Under the pieces are notes generated by a model. The model did not search any database. It was not told the DNA's origin and saw only the letters and a list, made by a program, of their open reading frames with translations. From Gemmatimonadota bacterium (GTDB lineage Bacteria > Gemmatimonadota > Gemmatimonadetes > Gemmatimonadales > GWC2-71-9), in the NCBI GenBank assembly GCA_003221005.1, contig QHTZ01000039.1:1-17973 (forward strand): 17,973 nucleotides of DNA, given 5' to 3'. Each line of letters begins with the position of its first letter. Position 1 is the first letter of the stretch. The position numbers were made by a program, and so were the translations under genes. Below are positions 8,761-16,351 of the stretch, piece after piece.

Positions 8761-9574
8761 GTTTCCAGACCGACCGCACGATCAGCCAATCCAGCAATCT
8801 GTCGGGAAGCCTCAGGAGCAGGCGGTCGATAATCGGGTGCTCAGACACGAGCATCCGCACCGGCGGCCGGCGCGCCGTGAGGGCCCGCGCGACCGCCCGC
8901 GCCACGATGTCGGCCGGGGGCGCCCGCTTGGCGCCCCGCAGTGCGGCATCGCGGAACCGCTCGAGTACGGGACCATAGGCCGTGGCGCGATAACGGCCCA
9001 GGTCCATCGCCGCCACCTTATCCCAAATCCTGCTTTGCACGCTCCCCGGCTCGATCATGATCACCCGCACCCCAAACGGGAGCAGCTCACGCCGCAGGCT
9101 GTCGGACATCCCTTCGAGGGCGAACTTGGAGGCGGCGTACGGGCCCATGAACGGCAGGGCACCCCGCCCTGACACTGAGCTGACGTTCACGATGCGGCCG
9201 CGAGCCGCCTTGAGGAGCGGCAGGAACGCCTGCGTCACTGCGAGCACGCCGATGAGGTTCACCTCGAGGACCCGGCGGAACTCCTCGAGGGGGATGAGCT
9301 CCAGCGGCCCGGCGCCGGCAATGCCGGCGTTGTTCACGAGCCCGGCGAGCGACCCGGGGCCGAGCGCGCGCTCCACCTGGGAGCGCGCGGCTGCGATGCT
9401 CGCGGCGTCGGTCACGTCCATGAGCACGGGGGTCGCCCCATAGGCCGTGACGGCAGCCGCGTCCTCGGCCCGGCGCACGGTCCCGAACACGCCGAAACCC
9501 TGGCGCGCGAGCTCCCGGGCGACCACCGCACCGATCCCTGAGCTCGTCCCCGTGACGAGCACACTCCTGGTCAA
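8738..9574 (-). CDS. Short-chain dehydrogenase/reductase (SDR), 278 aa
   Basis: [16 protein letters not shown] and YAASK motifs. TTG start at 9574 is preceded by GGAGG. The 3' end overlaps the Omp85 gene by 23 nt. Confidence 0.92.
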   Translation of the reverse strand: MTRSVLVTGTSSGIGAVVARELARQGFGVFGTVRRAEDAAAVTAYGATPVLMDVTDAASIAAARSQVERALGPGSLAGLVNNAGIAGAGPLELIPLEEFRRVLEVNLIGVLAVTQAFLPLLKAARGRIVNVSSVSGRGALPFMGPYAASKFALEGMSDSLRRELLPFGVRVIMIEPGSVQSRIWDKVAAMDLGRYRATAYGPVLERFRDAALRGAKRAPPADIVARAVARALTARRPPVRMLVSEHPIIDRLLLRLPDRLLDWLIVRSVWKLKSPESD

Positions 9575-9747
9575 GCGAGAGCCTCCCGCAGCAGGGCGGT
9601 GAAATGTATCCGCCGCGCTACCCGACCGGGTGGTCCGAACCAGCCGGATCAGGCTACCTTCCCCAATGGCGGACGCGCCGTTGCACGAGACTTGCAATCG
9701 GTGATCAGGGATCAGGCGCGATCCGTTCACCACGAGGGAGTTGTCCG

Positions 9748-11037
9748 ATGAACCGTCAGGACATCATCAGCGAGCTCGAGCGCGAGTGGCAGACCAGGGG
9801 CCGCTGGACCGGGATCACCCGTTCCTACGCTGCGGCCGACGTGTACCGGTTGCGGGGCTCGATTGCCATCGAGCACTCGCTGGCGCGCCATGGCGCCGCG
9901 CGCCTGTGGCAGCTGCTGCACGACGAGCCGTTCGTCGCCGTGCTCAGCGCGATCACCGGCAATCAGGCGATTCAGCAGGTGCAGGCGGGGCTGAAGGCGA
10001 TCTACGTGAGCGGCTGGCAGGTGGCGGCGGACGCGAACCACGCGCTGGAGATGTATCCCGACCAGAGCCTCTATCCGTCCGACAGCGTGCCCATGGTGCT
10101 CGAGCGCATCAACAACGCGCTCAAGCGCGCGGACGAGATCCATCACCTGAAAGACGATCATTCGACCTACTGGTTCGCGCCGCTCGTGGCGGACGCGGAG
10201 GCGGGCTTCGGAGGGCCGCTGCACGCGTTCGAGATCATGAAGAACATGATCGCCGCCGGAGCAGCGGGCGTACACTTCGAGGACCAGCTCGCATCCGTCA
10301 AGAAATGCGGCCACCTCGGGGGCAAGGTGCTCGTGCCCACGAGCGAGTTCATCACCAAGCTCATCGCCGCCCGGCTGGCCGCCGATGTCTGCGGGGTGCC
10401 CACGATCCTCATCGCGCGCACCGACGCGAATAGCGCCACCCTGCTCACGAGCGACACCGACGAGTACGACCGGCGCTTCCTGACCGGCGAGCGGACGACC
10501 GAGGGTTTCTTCCGGATACGGGACGGCATCGAGGCGGCGACCGCGCGTGCCCTCGCCTACGCGCCGTACGCCGACTTGCTATGGTTCGAGACTTCCAAGC
10601 CGGACATGGCCGAAGCGACGCAGTTCGCGGAAGCGATCCACGCGAAGTTCCCCGGCAAGCTGCTCGCGTACAACTGCTCGCCGTCGTTCAACTGGAACAG
10701 GCACCTGTCCGAGCGGCAGATCGCCTCGTTCCAGCGCGAGCTGGGCGCGCTGGGCTACAAGTTCCAGTTCGTCACGCTCTCCGCCTTCCATGCGCTGAAC
10801 CTCAGCATGTTCCAGCTGTCGCGCGAGTACGCGGCGCGTGGGATGGCGGCCTACGCGGAGCTGCAGCAGCGCGAGTTCGCTGCGCAGGGAGAGGGGTACG
10901 AGGCGGTGCGGCACCAGGACTTCGTGGGCGTGGGCTACTTCGACGAGGTCACGCAGATCGCGACGAACGGCCAATCGGCGACGCTCGCGATGGAAGGCTC
11001 GACCGAGAAGGCGCAGTTCCATGAGCCCTCGCGCTGA
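9748..11037 (+). CDS. aceA: Isocitrate lyase, 429 aa
   Basis: [28 protein letters not shown], catalytic [27 protein letters not shown] before ATG 9748. Confidence 0.97.
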   Translation: MNRQDIISELEREWQTRGRWTGITRSYAAADVYRLRGSIAIEHSLARHGAARLWQLLHDEPFVAVLSAITGNQAIQQVQAGLKAIYVSGWQVAADANHALEMYPDQSLYPSDSVPMVLERINNALKRADEIHHLKDDHSTYWFAPLVADAEAGFGGPLHAFEIMKNMIAAGAAGVHFEDQLASVKKCGHLGGKVLVPTSEFITKLIAARLAADVCGVPTILIARTDANSATLLTSDTDEYDRRFLTGERTTEGFFRIRDGIEAATARALAYAPYADLLWFETSKPDMAEATQFAEAIHAKFPGKLLAYNCSPSFNWNRHLSERQIASFQRELGALGYKFQFVTLSAFHALNLSMFQLSREYAARGMAAYAELQQREFAAQGEGYEAVRHQDFVGVGYFDEVTQIATNGQSATLAMEGSTEKAQFHEPSR

Positions 11038-11051
11038 GACCCCGAACGCGA

Positions 11052-11079
11052 ACCGGGCCCGCCGCGCGGCAGGCCCGGT
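11052..11079. terminator. GC-rich hairpin between convergent aceA and S8 gene, probable terminator
   Basis: Arms ACCGGGCCCGCCG and CGGCAGGCCCGGT with 1 mismatch (G-U on minus). Only a weak T-rich tail (CTATTCT) follows on plus. Confidence 0.6.
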
Positions 11080-11102
11080 CTATTCTCGGAAACGTTGCGG
11101 CG

Positions 11103-12529
11103 TCACTGCACTGCGTTGAGCGCGTTCACCCTCCCGAGGCCGTAGAAGTCGTCGTTCCCCGGCTTGCCGAGGTCATCCGCCGAGTGGCGCAGCACTGCCG
11201 CAACCCCGGCGGGCCCGATCCGGCCGTACTTCTCGATGATCAGCGCGCCCACAGCTGCCGCGGCCGGCGTGGCCATGCTCGTCCCGGCGGCGAAGAAATA
11301 CACGTTGTTCACCGGGCCGAGGCTTCCCGGGCTGATGACATAGTCGAATACGTAGCAGGGGGCGGTGATCAACCCGGTCGGGATCCGTGGTAGCGAGCAG
11401 TTGGGGTTGGGGTTCGGCGCCGGCGGCGTGAAGGGAATGAAGAGCCGGAAATCGCCGCCCGGCGCCCCGAAGTCGATCACGGACTGGCCGAAATCGGTAT
11501 ACGACGCAGGATCGTCGTAGTCCGTTGCGCCCAGCGCGAAGCCCTCCGGCGCGAGCGCCGAGATCGCGAGCACATGCGGAGACTGCGCCGGCAGGTCGAT
11601 GATATTGGCGGTGTGGTCGAAGTCGACCGCGGCGTTGCCTGCGGCCGCGAACACAGTAACGCCTTGCTGGTAGGCGTACGTCGTCGCCTTCCCCAGGGCT
11701 ACCGCCAACTGTGCCGCCCCCACGCCTTGGCGCGGGAAGATCGCGCCGAGACTCATGTTGATGATGTCCGCGCCGGCGCCACCCTGGGCGATCGGCGTCG
11801 CGGCGTAGACGATCCCGCGGATCACCGCTTGTCCCGCGCCGCGACGATACCCGCCACGTGTGTGGCATGCGAGAACGTGGTGCACGTGCCACCGGGAGGA
11901 GGTGTACAAGGGACATCTTGGTTGAATGCGAAATTCTGGACGAACGATGCCGAGTGCGCCACGTCAACGCTGCCGTTGAGGTCGATGTGGAGGTTGTTCA
12001 ACCCGCCATCGATGACGGCAACGCGCACCCCTGCGCCGCGTGCCCCGGCGTCCCACGCCTCGGGTGCGTGCACCGCCTTGACCGCCCACTGGATATTGAA
12101 AAAGGTCTCGTCGCTGCCGAGGCTCGTGCCCCCGACGACGCCGCTCGCGTCCGCATCGAGCGGTATCGCGGCTTCCTTGGGATCGACCCACTGCACGACC
12201 ATGTCCGCGGTCACGGAGCTCACACCAGCGAGCTTCGCGACGCGGGCCGCAAAGCCCGCGTCGCTCGAGACTGCGAACGCGACGCCGATCTGGGGGAGCG
12301 TGCTCGTCAGGGTGCCACCGGCGGCCCTGACCGCGTCGGCGAGGCCGGCGGGCACCGCGTTCCCGGTGCTTTGGATCACATAGGAGCTCGCGCCGCCCGC
12401 CGCGGCGACGGATGAGGCAGAGATAGACGTCGGGGCGGAGCTCCGCGGCCCGAGCGCCACCTGATCGACGCAGCTCGCGAGTGCGAGCCCGCCGATCAGG
12501 CTGATGGATGTGACGGTGAGGAATCTCAT
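11103..12529 (-). pseudogene. S8 (subtilisin-family) serine peptidase lipoprotein, disrupted by an internal deletion with frameshift near 11829
   Basis: 5' part (12529-11822) has lipobox LASC, a propeptide, AVIDGG (Asp) and HATHVAG (His). 3' part in another frame has INMSLG, AAGN and GTSMATP (Ser). The usual GxAPxA...VKVL segment between them is absent. Confidence 0.85.
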
Positions 12530-12658
12530 ACGCGTGCTCCAGGGCCAGAGGGACTTTGAGGAGGGACCGGCCACTTATGAACTGAGAGAACGTGCGCCAC
12601 GCGGGGCGCGCCCGCAATGCCCCCAGTGTCGCACGCCAGCCACACCGGGGCCTGTTCT

Positions 12659-12686
12659 TTGACAGTCCCGCGGGACCGCCTAGCTT
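12659..12686 (+). promoter_or_regulatory. Candidate sigma70 promoter with a palindrome in the spacer
   Basis: TTGACA (12659-12664), 16 nt, TAGCTT (12681-12686). The spacer contains the perfect palindrome GTCCCGCGGGAC (12665-12676). Confidence 0.55.
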
Positions 12687-12710
12687 AGCACACTCCCCAC
12701 GGGACTGCCC

Positions 12711-12980
12711 ATGAAACGCTCGACGCTCTACACCCTGGCGGCCGTGCTCGCCGTCGCCGCGCTCTTCTTCTTCATGACCACGGCTCGCGCCAAGGTCGAG
12801 TGCCGCGTGTGCATGGACTATCACGGCCGCAGCAACTGCGCCACCGCGCTCGGCCCCACGCAGGAGGCCGCGCACGAAGGCGCGCAGACGACCGCATGCG
12901 GGCCCATCGCCAACGGGATGGACCAGCAGATCGAGTGCGGGCGAATCCCGCCCGCCTCTGTCCAGTGCAGGCAGCGGTAG
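12711..12980 (+). CDS. Small exported or membrane-anchored protein with six cysteines, 89 aa
   Basis: Basic then hydrophobic N-terminus ending ARA, CxxC plus four more Cys, GC3-rich codons and an upstream promoter candidate. Confidence 0.8.
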   Translation: MKRSTLYTLAAVLAVAALFFFMTTARAKVECRVCMDYHGRSNCATALGPTQEAAHEGAQTTACGPIANGMDQQIECGRIPPASVQCRQR

Positions 12981-13011
12981 TCCTCTCTACGCCTTTTCTC
13001 GACGTTTCACC

Positions 13012-13040
13012 TAGACGCTGCTCCTAGACGTCTTTAAGTT
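13012..13040 (+). promoter_or_regulatory. Candidate sigma70 promoter giving a leaderless mRNA for the 13047-pilT unit
   Basis: TAGACG (13012-13017), 17 nt, TAAGTT (13035-13040), 6 nt, GTG 13047. No SD precedes the start. Confidence 0.5.
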
Positions 13041-13046
13041 GTTCCC

Positions 13047-13514
13047 GTGTCTTTCGCCCTCCCCCGCACCGCCGTCCCAGCCCACCTGCTCCTCACCGAG
13101 GGCGACCTGCGGGAGGGTGATGTCTTCGTGATGGAACGCTTCCCCCAGCACGACGGCGCCGAGTCGGTCCTCGAGATGCTCAACCGGCCCGAGGGCTTCT
13201 TCGCGTTCCGGCCGGCGGACGGGGCGGACGCCCTGCTCGTGTCGAAGGCGCACACAGTGTCCGTCTCGACGGACCGGCAGGCGCCGATCGCCGACCCCGC
13301 ACGCCTCTCGGCGGCGAAGCTGCTCGGCGTGGAGCTGGTGCTCGCCGGCGGGTCCACGATCGGTGGCTGGGCGAGCGTAGAGCTGCCGCCGCAGCACTCC
13401 CGCCTGCTCGACTACCTCAACGCTTCCCGCGATCCCTTCTTCGCCGTGTGGACGCATGCCGCCACGCATTACGTGAACCGGACGCACGTCATGTACGCGC
13501 GACCGCTGGACTAG
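13047..13514 (+). CDS. Hypothetical protein made of two tandem small beta-rich domains (DUF6812-like), 155 aa
   Basis: Internal duplication: EGDVF..SVLEMLN..FFAF..LLVSKAHTV versus GGWAS..RLLDYLN..FFAV..YVNRTHVM. Ends 3 nt before pilT. The DUF name is from recall, not a search. Confidence 0.75.
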   Translation: MSFALPRTAVPAHLLLTEGDLREGDVFVMERFPQHDGAESVLEMLNRPEGFFAFRPADGADALLVSKAHTVSVSTDRQAPIADPARLSAAKLLGVELVLAGGSTIGGWASVELPPQHSRLLDYLNASRDPFFAVWTHAATHYVNRTHVMYARPLD

Positions 13515-13517
13515 GCC

Positions 13518-15071
13518 ATGCCCGCGCGGATCGATCCCTTCGTCGACCTCCTGCTGCGCGAGCAGGGGGAGCAGCTGTACCTCCTCCCCGACGAGCCGGT
13601 GACCATGGTGAAGGGGGGCAAGCCGCGCAGAGTGAGCCGCCAGCCGCTCACCGACCAGCACATCTACGCCCTGCTGGTCGAGGTGGCACCCTCGGAATCC
13701 GCCGACCACATCGACAAGATGGCGGAGACCGAGTTCGAATACGCGGCGGACCGCGGCCTCGTGCTGGTGCGCATCGTCCCGGAGCAGGGCCGGCTCACGG
13801 CCGTGGTGGCGCCGCTCGAGCAGGCAGAAGCGTCCGACCCTGCCCCGCCCGTGGCGCCACCGCGGCCGCCCCGGCCCTCCGCGATCGCTGCGGCGCCCAT
13901 GGTGGACGCCCCCGCCGCGACCGCGCCCGCACCGGCGCCACGGCCTGCGCTCCCCGGCGAATTCGCCGCCTCCCAGTACCAGGCGGCCGAGCGGGCGCTC
14001 GGCGAGCTGCTCAAGCGGCTCGTGCAATCCAAGTCGTCCGACCTGCACCTGCGGGTGGGCGAGCCGCCTCTGTTCCGAACCAACGGCGAGATTGCCCGGC
14101 AAGCGCCGCCACCCGTCTCGGGCGATCAGCTCGAGCTGCTGCTGCTTGCCATCATGCCGGAGCGGAACCGCGTCGAGTGGAAGGAGACGGGAGACTCGGA
14201 TTTCGCCTACGAGATCGCCGGGCTGGCGCGCTTCCGGGTGAACGCGGCGCGCGACCGCAAGGGTCCGGTTGCCGTGTTCCGCGTGATCCCGGCGCAGGTC
14301 GTGTCGGCGGAGCAGCTCGGCCTCAACAAGGAAGTGCAGCAGCTCTGCTACCTCACGAAGGGGCTCGTGCTCGTGACCGGACCGACGGGATCCGGGAAGT
14401 CCACCACGCTCTGCGGGATGATCGACCTCATCAACCGGAACCGCACCGATCACATCATCACGATCGAAGACCCGATCGAGTTCGTGCACGAGAACAAGAA
14501 ATGCGTCATCACCCAGCGTCAGGTAGGCATCCACACCGAGAGCTTCCGGTCCGCCCTGCGGGCGGCGCTGCGCGAGGACCCCGATATCCTGCTCGTAGGC
14601 GAGATGCGGGACCTCGAGACGATCGCGATCGCCATCGAGACCGCCGAGACGGGGCATCTGGTGTTTGGCACGCTGCACACCACGACCGCGGCCTCCACTG
14701 TGGACCGCATCATCGACCAGTTCCCGGCCGACCGCCAGTCGCAAATCCGGGTCATGCTCTCCGAGTCGCTCAAGGGCGTGATCGCGCAGACGCTGTGCAA
14801 GAAGGTCAGCGGCGGGCGGGTCGCGGCGCGCGAGATCCTCCTCACCACGCCCGCGATTTCGAACCTGATCCGCGAAGGCAAGACCTTCCAGATCCCCTCG
14901 ATCATCCAAACGTCGAAGCAGCTCGGCATGCTGACGCTGAACGACGCGCTGGTCGATCTTGTCGAGAAGAAGGAAGTGAGCCCCGACGAGGCTTACATGA
15001 AGTCGGTCGAGAAGGCGGGACTCGTGACCTCCCTCAAGTCGAAGGGCTTCAAGGTCACTCTAGCGTCGTAG
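13518..15071 (+). CDS. pilT: Type IV pilus retraction ATPase PilT with extra N-terminal domain, 517 aa
   Basis: SDLHL, Walker A GPTGSGKST, Asp box TIEDPIE, ALREDPD, Walker B LVGEMRD, His box TLHT, and AISNLIRE (AIRNLIRE-like). Confidence 0.93.
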   Translation: MPARIDPFVDLLLREQGEQLYLLPDEPVTMVKGGKPRRVSRQPLTDQHIYALLVEVAPSESADHIDKMAETEFEYAADRGLVLVRIVPEQGRLTAVVAPLEQAEASDPAPPVAPPRPPRPSAIAAAPMVDAPAATAPAPAPRPALPGEFAASQYQAAERALGELLKRLVQSKSSDLHLRVGEPPLFRTNGEIARQAPPPVSGDQLELLLLAIMPERNRVEWKETGDSDFAYEIAGLARFRVNAARDRKGPVAVFRVIPAQVVSAEQLGLNKEVQQLCYLTKGLVLVTGPTGSGKSTTLCGMIDLINRNRTDHIITIEDPIEFVHENKKCVITQRQVGIHTESFRSALRAALREDPDILLVGEMRDLETIAIAIETAETGHLVFGTLHTTTAASTVDRIIDQFPADRQSQIRVMLSESLKGVIAQTLCKKVSGGRVAAREILLTTPAISNLIREGKTFQIPSIIQTSKQLGMLTLNDALVDLVEKKEVSPDEAYMKSVEKAGLVTSLKSKGFKVTLAS

Positions 15072-16103
15072 CAGCTGAGCCGGCGACTCCGCCAGCTGCC
15101 GCCCCAGCGCGCTCGCCACGTCGCGCATCCGCTCCATCAGGTCGGCGAACCCGTCGAGCCGCAGCGACTGATCGCCGTCCGAGCGGGCGTGATCAGGATC
15201 GGGGTGCACTTCGATCAACAGGCCGTCGGCGCCAGCTGCCACCGCCGCGAGCGCGAGCGCCGGCACCAGGTCGCGGCGTCCGGCGGCGTGACTCGGATCC
15301 ACGAGCACCGGGAGATGGGTTTCCCGCTTCAGATAGGGCACCGCCCCGATGTCGAGGGTATTGCGGAGCGCGCGCTCGAACGTGCGGATGCCACGCTCGC
15401 ACAGCATCACGTGCGGGTTGCCGCGCGCCAGGACGTATTCGGCCGCGAGCAGCAGGTCCTCGAGCGTCGCCGACAGCCCGCGCTTCAAGAGCACCGGCTT
15501 CCCCGACTCCCCCACCTCGGTCAGCAACGCGAAGTTCTGCATGTTGCGAGCCCCCACCTGGAGGCAGTCGGCCTTCTCCGCGACGAGCGCGACGTGCCGC
15601 GTGTCGAGCACCTCCGTGACGATCGGCAACCCCGTCGCCGCGCGCGCCACGACCAGCATGTCGAGCGCCTCCGACCCGAGCCCGTGGAAGGCGTAGGGCG
15701 ACGTGCGCGGCTTGAAGGCGCCGCCCCGCAGCGCCGCCGCGCCGGCGGCCCTCACGGCCTCGGCCGTCTGCAGCAGCATGGCCTCGCCCTCGACCGAGCA
15801 CGGTCCTGCGATGACGTGGACCGCGCCGTCGCCGACGGCTCCCTGACCCAGGCTCACCTGCGTGTCCCCTGCGGCGAACTCGCGCGCCGCGAGCTTGTAA
15901 GGTTTCTCGATCGGGACGACCGTCTCGACCGCCGGGAAGGCGAGCATCGGCACCTCGCGCAGCCGGTCTTCATCGCCGATACAGCCCACGATGGTGCGCG
16001 TGACGCCGCGCGAGATGTGGGGGGTGAGGCCGAGCTGGCGCACCTGCTCGACCACCTGGGCGAGCTCCTCCTCGGTGACGTGCGGACGCAGAACGATGAT
16101 CAT
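15060..16103 (-). CDS. aroF: 3-deoxy-7-phosphoheptulonate (DAHP) synthase, type I-beta with N-terminal ACT-like regulatory domain, 347 aa
   Basis: GAGGAG RBS then ATG 16103 (MIIVL). Motifs IAGPCSVE, RGGAFKPRTSPY, GARNMQNF, LLKRG, CERGIRTF, VDPSH and SDGDQSL. Confidence 0.96.
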   Translation of the reverse strand: MIIVLRPHVTEEELAQVVEQVRQLGLTPHISRGVTRTIVGCIGDEDRLREVPMLAFPAVETVVPIEKPYKLAAREFAAGDTQVSLGQGAVGDGAVHVIAGPCSVEGEAMLLQTAEAVRAAGAAALRGGAFKPRTSPYAFHGLGSEALDMLVVARAATGLPIVTEVLDTRHVALVAEKADCLQVGARNMQNFALLTEVGESGKPVLLKRGLSATLEDLLLAAEYVLARGNPHVMLCERGIRTFERALRNTLDIGAVPYLKRETHLPVLVDPSHAAGRRDLVPALALAAVAAGADGLLIEVHPDPDHARSDGDQSLRLDGFADLMERMRDVASALGRQLAESPAQLLRR

Positions 16104-16126
16104 GCAGCGCTCCTCGAGACGGTCGG

Positions 16127-16166
16127 AAAAACCAACGGCCCCGGTGAGTCGCCGGGGCCGTCGGTT
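16127..16166 (-). terminator. Intrinsic terminator (attenuator) in the aroF leader
   Basis: Minus strand reads AACCGACGGCCCCGG-CGACTCA-CCGGGGCCGTTGG-TTTTT: a GC-rich stem with one G-U followed by a 5-U tract, ending about 24 nt upstream of the aroF ATG. Confidence 0.9.
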
Positions 16167-16187
16167 CATGTGAGTTTGGGCTTTGGT

Positions 16188-16274
16188 CTAGCTGGTCACT
16201 GCCGCCCTGGCGCACGAAGCCGACGACCCCGCGGGGCTAAACCAAAACGCGAAGTAGTAGCTCGTGCGCTGCAT
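16188..16274 (-). CDS. Aromatic amino acid attenuator leader peptide MQRTSYYFAFWFSPAGSSASCARAAVTS (28 aa)
   Basis: ATG 16274 to TAG 16190-16188. Codons 6-12 are TAC TAC TTC GCG TTT TGG TTT. It lies between a promoter and the terminator upstream of DAHP synthase. Confidence 0.88.
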   Translation of the reverse strand: MQRTSYYFAFWFSPAGSSASCARAAVTS

Positions 16275-16280
16275 GCGGGT

Positions 16281-16309
16281 AGCCTAGCCTCTTACCGCCG
16301 GGCTGTCAA
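16281..16309 (-). promoter_or_regulatory. sigma70 promoter for the leader peptide and aroF
   Basis: Perfect -35 TTGACA (16309-16304), 17-nt spacer, -10 TAGGCT (16286-16281), then 6 nt to ATG 16274. Confidence 0.8.
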
Positions 16310-16320
16310 CGCCGTAGAAT
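16292..16320 (+). promoter_or_regulatory. Candidate divergent sigma70 promoter for the 16352 gene
   Basis: TTACCG (16292-16297), 17 nt, TAGAAT (16315-16320). Overlaps the aroF promoter. Confidence 0.5.
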
Positions 16321-16351
16321 GGCCGTCCCTAACCCTTCTCGAGGAGGAAGT

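Noticed and set aside
9574-9748. ORF-track extended starts for SDR (9733) and aceA (9604), and likewise 368, 2799, 3338, 5575, 12574, 16169 and 16319
   Set aside because: The extensions overlap neighbours or regulatory DNA and lack family similarity. Downstream starts fit the RBS, signal peptide or domain boundaries better.
11822-11836. Programmed -1 frameshift in the S8 gene
   Set aside because: No X XXY YYZ slippery heptamer at the junction, and a frameshift would not restore the missing conserved segment.
15060-15071. Convergent 3' overlaps (pilT/aroF 12 nt; Omp85/SDR 23 nt at 8738-8760)
   Set aside because: Short tail-to-tail overlaps are common in compact GC-rich genomes, and nothing here indicates a function.
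13011-15619. Long alternative ORFs 13011..14909 (-, 632 aa) and 13448..15619 (+, 723 aa)
   Set aside because: Shadow frames of pilT and aroF. They are Arg/Gly/Pro-rich with no motifs, which is expected at high GC.
16104-16280. T-box or metabolite riboswitch upstream of aroF
   Set aside because: I see no T-box consensus or recognisable aptamer. The aromatic-codon ORF and its alternative helices explain the region.
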